DNA of 61,160 bases from Catajapyx aquilonaris. Its lineage: Eukaryota. Under the pieces are notes generated by a model. That model saw only the letters and a program-made list of their open reading frames with translations. It was not told the DNA's origin and did not search any database. This document shows positions 38,677-50,100 of the stretch, one piece after another. Position 1 is the stretch's first letter; every line of letters begins with the position of its first letter. The translations under genes were made by a program, and so were the position numbers. The stretch lies in the NCBI GenBank assembly GCA_000934665.2, contig KZ538569.1, forward strand, positions 1 through 61,160, in the 5' to 3' direction.

Positions 38677-40608
38677 CCGGCAGGGGATAAGATAAGATTG
38701 TAGGGGAAGTGTCCGGGGGCTGGTACAGTGCTATGTGACACGAAATGACTGATTGTCGCTAGATGGCGTGCATGTAGAAGGAGGCTACCCGCTTTGTAGC
38801 AAGTCGTGTGGCAGCCTAGCAGGAGGCTACTATAATCACGCTGCTGGCACGACCACGACTCTTGGGGTCGGTTTGATGACCTAGGGAGGTCACAATCAGC
38901 ATTTTTTTCGTTCTTATCGGAAACTCCGATTATTTTCTCGATCGTATCCGCTTCCTGATTCACACCCGCCGAAAATATGACAACCGGGTCCGATTTATGG
39001 GATCTCTCTTAGCAGTTGACTGCGACGGATCAAAGCAGGAAGCATTTCGGTCCAAGACGAAGAGAGACCCCCCTGGCGAAAGGCCCAGTAAAAACGGGTT
39101 TTCTCTGCTGGGGAGGGGCGGTTTTTATTATGATACATTACTCAGAGCTGAAACGTGCATTTTATATCGGATAGACTGCGGACGCGATGGAAATTAACCT
39201 TGATAAGGACCCTAGAGGCACGTAATAATAACCGAAGAGAAATTCCGACGTTTTCTGCACGTTTCGGTAAGATCTATCCGGTTCTTTTTCTTGTTGTTGT
39301 TTATATATATAAAAAAAATGTACGCGGGTGGGCTAGATATCCTATAGGAGCTGGGTTAGATATCCTATATAGGAGCGGGTTATATCATATTTTTTTTGGT
39401 AGCTTATAGCGGAAATCCGACTAGTCCCAGGCTTTTTAGCGACCAGATCAAGTTTCCTTCCAGAAATGTCACTCCGGAGATGGCAAACTGCGATGCCCAC
39501 TTGCGTTTGTGCGCCCATTTTACGACCCAACACCGGGACCGGAAAATATCGTTTTTTATAAAGGTATCTGAGCCGGAAAACGTGATTCTATTGCCAAAAA
39601 AGTGGCGAAATCTGGCTAGAGTTTGGAGAACTACTGTATGGGGTTTTGATTAATCCTGCTGGAGACTGTACGTGTGGTATTGCCCGGGGAGATTAGTTAC
39701 AGTATATTATTATTTGCAGTGTTCTATGTAACTACTAGAGGTTGACAGTAATAAATAGAAAGCAAAGTTTGTTTAGAGTGCTTATATCGACCAGACTTGT
39801 ATCCTTTGACTTTGTGCCTTCAGCCCGCTCTACAAACACAAGCCACCTAGATTTAGTTCATTTCGCTTCACAACTCTTGAGTTTCTTCAGACTATACAGG
39901 GTACTACATCATGCAGTGCAATTCACTCACCCCTACATGCCATTGATGTAGTGCAGAAGTTTCCGTCAGCAGATATCGGAAAACAATTCAAGAGGGGGTC
40001 CGACCCTCTACCTGAAAATCGATTATCCGAAAATATATATAAGGCGCAAATTTTAAGTCTATAATTACCGGATTTTTTTTGGAAGGAAATGCGGGGCCCA
40101 GTATAATTAACTGCCTAAGTTTGACTGATCTATTATTGAAGTAGAGTTAGAAAAAGAGGGGACATAAATGGGGTAGGCCACTACTCCATCACTGCCACAC
40201 AAACCTTCCACGAAGGCCTATCGACCCTTCCCTAGTTTTTGTGACTATAGAAGGGAGATTGGGGGTGGGGGAGGGGGAACCTCCAACAAGTCGCCGTTCG
40301 AATGTAATTGATCCCTCGACGTTGCTTGGAACCTTTGCATGTTTTGTAAAGTCTGCTCCACGGGTTCTTCCCTCTCGGCGGGAGTTTATTTCAGGATTTT
40401 GGCCCGACAACCACATCGATCCACATGCCTACTAGAACATAGTGCTTCCCAGGCCCACGTGGCAAATTGGGAGGGAATGGGTGGGGGAAGGAGGGGGGGC
40501 AAAAATGGCGATGCTGCGGTTCATCTTGGGTGACAAATGGTGCTGATCGTAGGTGAAGATGATACAATGACAGTGATTATACTAGATGGGACACAAGTTA
40601 GAAGTATA

Positions 40609-40791
40609 CAGTACTGCTAGCGACATTTTATGTTGCGGCAGACGTGCAAATCGAAGTAGGAGCCGTGCGAGTAAGAAATGGAAGCCCTTGATTGACGTCA
40701 CCCAAGGGCTCCCATTTCTTACTCGCACGGCTCCTACCGGCCGCATCATAAAATGTCGCTAGCTGTATGACACGATTAATGTCTAACACTG
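40609..40791. mobile_element. MITE family A with a left-arm deletion
   Basis: Same arms and TGACGTCA centre as the other copies; TA flanks. Confidence 0.8.
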
Positions 40792-41462
40792 TACTAGATG
40801 GCGTGGATAGCATTGTAAACAGTCGTGTGACAGCCTCAGTCGAGGCTAAATTCGTATAAGAAAATGTCAACGGGTGTGCAAAATAGGTCAAGCAAATGCA
40901 TACAGTGCATCGTATGAATTAATAACGAACGAGCCCAAAGGCATATCAAATGTTTGCATTTGCTCCTACAGTGCAATGTGTACAGGATTTATAAATTTTT
41001 GACTTCAAATTTTGCTATATCACAGTTCCGGCCATTTTAATAGTCCGATGCCGATAGCAATCTCATTAAGCAACTATTTGACGTCAATATTTCTTCAAAG
41101 CCCCAGGACTTCATTTTCCCAATGTTTTTCACCTGGTGAAAACGACCTTCCTATTTTCCGCTTCTGGACCACAGAAGAGCTCGAATTCCGCGCTCTTTTT
41201 TTTTCCTTACACGTTTTTTTTCGACTACCTCCTCTCAAGGGCCTTTGGGAAAACTTAATTGCGGTGGAAGAGCTGCAGATCCATTCGTCAAGCTCTCCAC
41301 TTGGGTTTTGTTGCTTAGCGCCAATTGCAACAGCGGGATTTTGATCCAGGAAGAACCATCTGACATATAGTGTTTTTTCGGGCAATTTTTTTTTTTGAAT
41401 TTCCTATACTCGTTACGCTGATCCGAGGAAATCGATTTTGATCGCTGGAGTTACTTTGCTAC

Positions 41463-41679
41463 CTTGTGCAAACAAATCTGTGGAGTCATCTGAGATGGAT
41501 CGAGACTTAGTGCTTTCAAGAGAGGAAGTGTCGTGTTGCTGAGGAATGTTGATGGAACCAGAATGTTCAGCATGCCAGTAAATCAGAGTTACATAAGGGT
41601 AGTGTGTTGAAGAAGCAACTTTTACTAGAAACAATAACTGGAAAATATATTGGAAAAACTGGTATAAGTAGGTTGACAT
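41463..41679 (-). CDS. Probable first coding exon of a secreted or membrane protein gene with a very large first intron
   Basis: MSTYLYQFFQYIFQLLFLVKVASS is signal-peptide-like. 72 codons are followed by CAAG|GTAGCA (phase 1; alternative donors near 41454 and 41416). About 530 nt of UTR-like sequence extends to a TCAGT initiator-like motif at 42209-42213. No second exon was identified in the window. Confidence 0.5.
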
Positions 41680-42204
41680 TTCCAGATGTTCAGAATTGGA
41701 TTGAGACCAGAACTTTTTGGAAACTCTTCTTTGGCACAGGTAAACAGGATCGACCAAACTTTCTCTCTGGAAGAACCAGTAACTATAGAAACCTTTGGAT
41801 CCAAAAAATAATGTGGATTGTTTGGAGTTGAGATTCCTGTCCTGTCGATCAACCATGAAAGAAAATCGTTCGGCAATCATCTTTACGTTCCCAAAATCTT
41901 TTTGGAGTGGGGTTTCCCACAATCTCAAATTTTCCTCCTGTTTCTTTTTCCACCATAACCTGATGTCTTTTTTTTATTGGCGTTGGGTTTTTCGTTCTCT
42001 TCCTTCACTCCTTCCCCCAGTTGTCGAGTGTTGGCAGAAACAACTTTGGCTTTGTCCAAAGAGTCTGGCAAGGGATATTGAATCCGACCCGCAGAAAAGT
42101 GGCGTCCGCAGCAGGCGGTGGTGGCAAAGTAGAAAGGAAATCCTCCAGGGGAAAAAATGAAAGAGAGAAACAAGACTACGAATAATGTCGTTTCGACTAC
42201 TGTC

Positions 42205-42230
42205 TTTTACTGACATGGGAATCGATAGAA
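42205..42230 (-). promoter_or_regulatory. Candidate core promoter (Inr-like TCAGT plus DRE-like TATCGATT)
   Basis: Motifs lie upstream of the 41679 ATG, in divergent orientation to the boss-like gene. Confidence 0.3.
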
Positions 42231-42333
42231 AAAAAGTCAATCGTACCATCTGGAATTGGAAGTATAAGATCGATCAGAAGATACTAGTATCTTGTGTTGT
42301 TCACACACAACATAATGTTTGTATGTAACAGTT

Positions 42334-42391
42334 TATACACTCTTAACCATTTATACCTTCTCTAGAGAGGGTAAATGGTTAAGAGTGTATA
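42334..42391. repeat. 58-nt hairpin
   Basis: Perfect 20-bp arms TATACACTCTTAACCATTTA / TAAATGGTTAAGAGTGTATA. Confidence 0.85.
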
Positions 42392-43031
42392 TTCGGTCAA
42401 ACCATCTGGGTCGAATTGCTTCTGTACCAACTTTTTGGCTTGTAAATATTAATATCCCCCAGGAAGTGGGCTTCTAGGCGTATAGACCCCAGGATATTAA
42501 CTATCCTGCTGATGAAATTTCTGAGGGAGTCTCATTTCCTGTCTCCTCATTACATCGCATGCACAGAAACCACCGTTGGGCAGGAAAAAGTGAAATTGCT
42601 AGGGACAAGATGATGTTTTTTTTAAAAGTACAACACAAAAGGTTGATTTATTCCTAGCGATGCTTTTTTTGTTATAAACACACACAAAAAGCAGGAGGAA
42701 CTTTGTCACTGTGGATTTTAGTTCCTTCCAGGTGGCCTGTCATGATTTAAACTCAGAAGAAAACTCAGAAGAAAAGTGGGGACGTGATAAGATTGTACAC
42801 ACCAGTATATCTTGCTTAAGTTCATTTTGGAGCCAAAATTACTTTTTTATTTCTTCTGTAAATAGGATTTGTAGTATATCAGCAACATACGTTTGGGAAA
42901 TATTAATGTTTCCATTTACTTTGAGGGCAGTAACTCACTTCCAAGTACAAGATTTGCATCTGGAATCGAGTTCCTGGGGGTGCCATGGGTATTAGTAACG
43001 TTTTCTAGGTTGTAGAGTTCGTCCGCACGCT

Positions 43032-43223
43032 ATGGATCGTTGGGTAAGCTTGAGGAAGGATAGGAATTTAATCAATAGGATTTCGGTTGCGAGTTGCGAG
43101 CTAGAGAAAGAACCAACTGAGCATTTTTGGTACCGATTTCGGAGGAGAAATTGTTCGCAAAACTCTGCAACCAATCCAATTACTGCTGGGCCCGCATCGT
43201 TAGAGGTCCTCTTACATAATTAA
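43032..43223 (+). pseudogene. IR relic, S2
   Basis: LINRISV...TEHFWY...AGPASL vs SINRGVS...QDHFYD...KGPRVL. Confidence 0.5.
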
Positions 43224-43443
43224 TAATTCGGCTAACGAGAATGGCTCATCTTCCTGATGCGAAAAAGGAATTTGCAATTATTGTGATTAGAGAAGATGGT
43301 TGTTTTAATGCATGCAGGTAATTGGGCAGCGTGATTTAGGAGCATAAGCGCAAAATTGTTGTATGCATGGATGTCAATCTTTAGGAGGGCATGTCATACT
43401 GGGTGCTAACAGAGTTGGTGACATGAACACGACGTAATCAGGC

Positions 43444-43740
43444 ATGATGACATATGCTCATTCAGTGGATGTACTATTGTGCCGGAATCCATTGAGTGCA
43501 GGTTTTGTCCTGCGTAAGCCCATGATACGGATTACTGAGGATTATTCTGTTGGGAAGAACTACGCTGTTTTGCTCTCTTCGCATCAAAAACATTGGGAAG
43601 AATCAGCTTTTATGGTAGCCATTCTGGTTGAGGAATGTTTCATTATCGATATTTCCATGAAGCACCGAAATTCAGGATGTGGGTTTCAACTTATGTAATC
43701 CCTTATGGTATTGAATTAGCAAGAAACTGACTTCACCAGT
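43444..43740 (+). pseudogene. IR relic, S2
   Basis: RNPLS ~ QNPVH; GKNYAVL ~ EKYACF; ILVEECF..ISMKHRNS resembles the common IR S2 HI..ECF...K.S motif. Confidence 0.4.
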
Positions 43741-44457
43741 TCAAGTACCTGGCTGCATATATAGCACGAATCAATAGTAATGAAGTTTCTAACATCTAGC
43801 TCTAATTGCCTACAATTTTTGTCGCACATTTCATGCATCCGCAATCTTCAGAAACACTTTCGCCGCGTTTAGGGGGTCATAATTTGGCAGAATTGAACTC
43901 TTCCATCCTTTTTTATATCCAACGTGCACGATTATCCCAAATAACTTGATTTGCGGAAAGCAAATTACCAGGTCATCAATTTCCCAATAAGCGTAGTTGG
44001 AACGGGGCTGTCATGCCCCAAAGTTCTGCATTTGAATTCTAGTGGCCCATAAGAAAGGTGTCCCTGCAACACCATATGTTACTGTACTTACCGTCCTAAG
44101 CTCAGTTCAAAATCCCCAGTCTCCTTTGCTAAAAAGTCACAATTGAATAGCTTCTTTCACTTCTGCCACCTGGCTTATAAGTTTACGGCTGACCTCCATC
44201 ACCTTACGGGCCTGCAGAAAGGCACAAAAGCAACGCTAACGCTCGAAGCGAGAGATTTGCGCTCACAAAATGGCCTCCTGTTTCCCCGCCTCGTAATTCC
44301 TACCATTTGCCAACTGGAGGCGGTAGTTTAGTGGCAACTCAGAAACAACAGGCGGCGCTTATGACCAACCCGGGGCGAGTCAATTAATTAGCTTATGGCA
44401 AGGCTATTGGCAATAGTTGGGGGGAAGGATATACGGTGGAAAAGTTGCAGGTTGGGA

Positions 44458-44471
44458 ATGGGAAGTGACGG
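44458..44471 (+). CDS. Candidate first coding mini-exon (MGSDG) of the boss-like gene
   Basis: ATG GGA AGT GAC GG|GTAAGG gives the phase-2 donor that the 47101 exon needs. A TCAGTT initiator-like motif lies at 44102-44107. Alternatives, such as an ATG split as AT|G, are not excluded. Confidence 0.3.
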
Positions 44472-44507
44472 GTAAGGTCGGGACTAAGTTCTAGAGGGGG
44501 GTTTTGT

Positions 44508-44900
44508 TTGGTCCCTGGTGGAATTCCCGTTGGGATGCTGGGCCTTATCCTCTTGGCTGGGATGGATTTGCATAAAGATTACTACTCACCTCTTCTCTAC
44601 TTCCTCTTCGATCTGAGCCTGGTTCCGACCAACACTTTGGGAAAAGGGGAGGGCTTTCCAACCTCCCAAAACCCCGTCTTATACGCCAGATTTAACTTGG
44701 TAGGAAGCAGCGGCTTTTGGACTCAATTTCGTGCCTCAACTTGGAGGACATTGTTCCCGGTGTGTAAGGAGAAGGTCTGGGTCTTTAATCCTGCGAACCG
44801 ACTCAGGCTGGCGGTAGTCCCACAAACACTCCAGTTTAGCTACTTGCTAATCATAATAATTTAGTTCAACACCTTACATCCCTCAGGCTCCCTGTAAATT
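44508..44900 (+). pseudogene. IR relic, M3-S2
   Basis: In one frame: YYSPLLYFLFD ~ LYSSKIVQLLMD; SQNPV ~ TQNPV; KEKVWVF ~ QEKYACF; RLRLAVVPQ ~ KLHVAVTDLPQ. Confidence 0.6.
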
Positions 44901-45677
44901 GTTTGTGCCCGCCGCTAATTCTAGACCCCGTGTCCCAACAATTAATTTTCTGATGTCCTAAAACTGCACAATCAATTTCTACAGTTGTTGACGTCTGCTG
45001 AAACTTGTGCCACCCCAAAATGTGATGAGTTTGCAAAGTGCGAGCTCTTTCACGGTCATTTACAGACCATTAAATCCAACTTGGCTAATTCGGGGGTTGC
45101 TTCTTGCAGTCTGCTAGTGGCCCGTTTCATACATAACTCCATATTCGCTGGTAATGAAACACCTGGGAATCACGTACGAAAATCGCATATTATTAGTAGA
45201 GCGCTTCATTACAAACCTTCCCCCATTTTTCGTGTGACCACCGGAGTTTGTAATCGTCCGAAGTTGCCGGATTACCCTCATCGCGGCCATTCCAACCTCC
45301 CACAAAATCTAATAACATTCAGGGCAATGTGACGCGTAACACGTTACACGGACGTTGATTTGGTGCTCTTTCGGCATATCCCCCTCTGCCATTGTAGGCT
45401 TACCGTGGTTTTCGGCTCTTTTCAAGTCCGAAAGCCTCGGTGGGATAAACTTTCCAGAGCGGTATCGCCCCTGTGTAGTGCTAGCGTCGGGCTCTAGCCG
45501 CATGAAACCTGATTTAAACCGACCCACCAAGAGCTTGTGGGGTGGATCTGGCACCAGACAAAGTTTAAGGAGGATAAGAATTGCAGGCGCCTACAAAACA
45601 CCGCCATTTTGTATCCAATATGGGTTCTATACGACAATGTATTCCAAACAGGATCTCATTAACTGGAAGTTTTTCTT

Positions 45678-46298
45678 TAGTATGGTCGACCATACTAACT
45701 AACAAGGGAAGGCCACAGGGTGATAATGACGGATCTTGATGAAATTTAACATGCTAATACAGGACAATATATGATACCCAAAAATGAAATATTTCATACG
45801 GACGTCCATATTTGCAAAAGTTATGACGTTTTAAAGTTTCAAAAAAAACCATATTCATGGGATTACATTAGCGACCACATATAAGACCACATTGAAGTGT
45901 GAAATCAGTTTCTACACTTTGTCTCATCGGAAAAAAGTCCTACATAACGGCTCTATCTATTGCGGTTTAGGCCTTGATACCTGTCCACAGACGGACGGAC
46001 GGACAGAGCCGTTCTGTAGGACTTCTTTCCGATGAGAAAAAATGTAGAAACTGATTACACACTTCAATGTCATTATATCTGGTCGCTAATGTAATCCCAT
46101 TATGAATGAAAATGTATTATTTTTGGAACTTTAAGACGTCATAACTTTTGCAAATATGGGCCTCCGCACGAAATATTTCATTTTTGGGTATCATATATTG
46201 TCCTGTATTAGCATGTTAAATATCATCCAGATCCGTCATTATCACCCCGTGACCTTCCCTTAGTATACTTAGTATACCTTAGTATGGTCGACCATACC
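45678..46298. mobile_element. Long inverted-repeat element with DINE-1/Helentron-like features
   Basis: About 250-bp inverted arms, central (GACG)n, and the palindrome GTATGGTCGACCATAC at both ends. Confidence 0.65.
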
Positions 46299-47100
46299 AG
46301 GGCTGTTAGTCATTTTGTACCTGGCCAAATTGCATTTTTTATAGCGCAGATTCCTAATATTGAAGCGCTTCCTTTTTAAGTCGATGGAGCGGACATTTCC
46401 CGTTTTCTTTCTTATCTCATCCGGCATTTTCCATGGTTGGTTTGGTCGGTGCAAAAATGTGTGGCATAACCCGTTACGAGCCCACACCACAAGTGCAGAT
46501 TGGGTTTGGAAAATGAAAACTGATTTGCATCTGCATGGTGGGTGGTGGCTCTTCTTGAAGACTTCCTACATTATTATGGTAAATAGGAGGGTATAAAAAG
46601 TATGGGGGCCAATATTTCATATAACGACATATAATGAGTTCTATTAGGTCTATTATCGTAGTTGGCTAATGCTAATTTCTTGGAGATGGGGATTTATAAG
46701 AGCTTGTGTATACTAAGGAAATGGCTAATGCATTCTGATTAAGGCAACTTGCTCGTAAAATCCATTTAGGGATCCTATATTCTGCCAGGAAACTGCAAAG
46801 TTTCGGGTGCAAAAAAAAAAAAAAAACGGGTTGAATTTTTCACACGTTATGTTCTCATGGTTGTACAGACTAGGTCGAAATACATTGCGTCGAGAACAGG
46901 AAAAACCAATCGTTCTCATCACGTCTGGAGATGAACTTCTTTATTAAAAAAAAATCTCATTAACTGCCCCGTTAGAAAACGGAAAGTTGCAGACTCTCAT
47001 TTTCTACTGGCGAATTTATCGGATTGCATTTTTTTTCTCTTGCAAGGAATGGTTGATTGCGAGAAATGGTAGTCTAAGACATCACTTTACATTGTTGCAG

Positions 47101-50100
47101 GACTTCGTCACGGCACCTGACACTTCCATTCATCTTCCTGCTCATCTTCGGCTCATCACAATCCAGGCCTGAAACATCTCTCCGCAAGCTTTCAGCCGTC
47201 ATAAGTAAGTCACGAGTAATTTTTTAAACGTTTTTTTTGTAGTTGGTAGATTAAAATATTAAATGTCGAGACATACCTTGACGAAAATAGCGTGGGAATG
47301 GTCCACAACTCCACAAGAAGCTGGCGCACTCGCAGTACTTATTCATTTATTAAATATGTAAATAACATCACTAAGTTAATTGTAAATTAATACAATATTT
47401 TAACCAACGTTGTTATTTTTACAATATTAAAATAATACATAAAATTTACAGATGTCCTGGTTGAACTTCATATTGTGGAGCGAAACTCTACTGTGAACAC
47501 CTGTAAGACCCCTGACCCTAGGGCCATCCAACAGGTCGAGGCTGTGAACTGGGCAGCACAAATCATAGATGCTCAAGCTCGGCCTGACGAAGTGACCATA
47601 GGTAAGAGCTTTTTACCTGGCCACCGCTCCATTTGCTGTGGAGATACTAGTGGATGTATAATGCAGTAGGATTCGCGGTTCTGTAAATATACTGCAGGCT
47701 CGCAGCACAGCGGTCCACACTGCGGGTAACTGAACCGAATCTAATGTACACAGCCCCAAGAATTCATTTACAAAATGGCTGAGCCAGCCTTTGTGCTGGA
47801 TATTATTATTGCTACACTCCATTTGGGAGTCCGGGGCAAGTTTGTCGCATGAGTCAGCTTGTAATAGGGTTTTCGAGTAGAGCAGGTGTGAGTTTGCGTA
47901 GGTGGATTAACGTGGGATGGTGTATCCCCCCGTTTTTCTTGTTTTCAATATGCTGCAAATTTACAGGAGTGAAGGTCCACGACCTTTGTTCTGAATCAGT
48001 GTCCGAAGCCCTGAGGGAAGATTCGGAGGATGGGTACGTGTCGGATGATGACAGGCCTTTATTAGGCTTTCTGGGGCTTGGAGATTCGCCGTTATTGGCT
48101 GAAGCGGCTCATGCACTCAGGGGGACATCGTCTCCCTTTGTGGTCACTTCCCCGAGGCTGGCCACGTCTCTGACCGCTGATGACCATGTGTTTACAACCG
48201 CACCGGACCCTGCAACTCACGCGCAGGTTGGTACCACATTATGACTGTTGTGTCCATTAGTGACAATGTCCTCTCTAGGCTGTGGTGGCTGTCCTGCATC
48301 AGATGGGGGTGACCTCAGTGGCGCTAGTGGCATCCTCACCCCACGCTGTCCGGAGTTTCGCCCGAGGTGCCCACACCAAAGGCATCCAGGTGGCCCATGT
48401 CCTCCAGGGCGAACCCGGAGCCAGATCCTTGGGCTCGGCTCTTCACGATTTCCTCCAGGGCGAAGGGGTAAGTATTCTCACACCTGACTCTGAATCTTAA
48501 TAGTGCCCTCTGACCCTCCCTGTACGTGTTGCATAGGCGGACTGCCCTGTCATCGCGCTGATCCTGGATCCGGGCGAAGTGAAGCACCTGGTGTCCTCCC
48601 TGCCTTCCAAGCTTCCTGGCACTCGAACATGGGTATTGGCCTCTACCGCCTTGGAGAGAGAAGTGCTCAACGCCTGGAGAACCAGTCTGGAAGGATCCTC
48701 TGTCTTTCTCGAGCCCCACATGCCAGAGCTCAAGCAGTTCAGGAAGGAATTTCTGGACCGATTACAGGTAAGGCGTCGTGCCTGCGACTAATGGAAACTC
48801 TGCACGACCACAGACAGGTGCAAAAAAAAAACATGCTAAGAATTGTGTGTAATTAAATTACACCGGTTATTGAGGTTACAACCGGCTTGGTATTAAAATA
48901 TGAAATGGACGCGTACAGTATGTAGTGTAAACAGTCCTGCCGTACTTGAGGGGGCAAAGATCGTTCTTGAAACTTTTTCCATAAATTTCCAGGTTATTAC
49001 ACAGCCTCCTTGAATAAAGGAAGCCTTTGTCACCCATTCGAGGGAGCCTCTAATTAGAGCTGCATTATTAAGTGAGATCAAAGGAAGTCCTTAACTGGTC
49101 CTAATCACACGAATTGTGCAGGAGGGTTCTGTTTTCTGTGCCGCAAGGTTCATTATATGGTATTGACACAAACAGAATCAGTCAGCGGGCCGGTACAGAT
49201 AAGTGGTCTCTCTTGTCTTTTGTAGGAGGCCAGAGGAGGTGAAGCCAAGTCAGCCCTTTCTCCGTTGCTGTCGGAACTGTTTCACTGTACTTGGCGGTCA
49301 GGGGTCAACGACTCTGATTGTGGAAGATTACGACAGGCTGAGCTGGTGTCCAAGTTCCCAGCGGATTTGGAGGCAAGTATCCAAACACCCCCAAGGTGAC
49401 GTCTGGCGAAACATTTTTCGTACCTGATATTCACAGCCCAAAGTTGTAAATCGATGTAGAGTCGCCCCTATATAAAAGGTACCTGTATCGACCAGGATGT
49501 GTCATGTTGTTTTCCTTTTTCGCAGGCTGGCTTTGTGGTAAAGGCTGTGTCGGCATATTCGGCAGCGCTTCGATTGGTGCAGCTAGCGAAATGTGGAGGT
49601 GTCAGCAAGAAAGACATGGACAGCGACTGTTGGAAGGATCTGCAGAAAAATCTTCAAGGGGCCGTATTGCAAGAGTTGCAAAGGTTCAGTCTTCCAGCCA
49701 GCACTACTGGGATTCCTCCGACAAATGTGAGTGAAGGATGGTCAAAAAATTGCGCAGATTGCACATTTTTTTGTGGACATCAGCAGTTGACATTTTCTTT
49801 AATGCAGACTACGCCTACGGATACGGATGAAGACGGTCCTCTGGAGCTGGAAGGCACCACGGTTCGGGTGGCTCATGATGGCGAGCTGGTCTTCAACAAG
49901 TTCGTGATTTACGATGTCACCGAAGGTCGCAACCTGACCATGCTTGGATGGTACTCGGAAAGCCAAGGGCTCTTTCTGGACACCATGCTGACCGGACCTT
50001 CATCCACGCTGTCCTCCGCGGCTTCGCCTCCCAGCTTGACCTCCGACTCTCTGACCCGCGGCGATTCATTAGGGTCATCATCATCTCATCCCAAGGTTCC

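Noticed and set aside
39742..39951. Additional IR S1 relic (QFTHPY)
   Set aside because: Only one short motif matches, too weak to list as a feature without a search.
49499..49525. Start of the 556-aa ORF as the GPCR N-terminus
   Set aside because: It is intronic polypyrimidine tract; the upstream exons supply the signal peptide and ectodomain.
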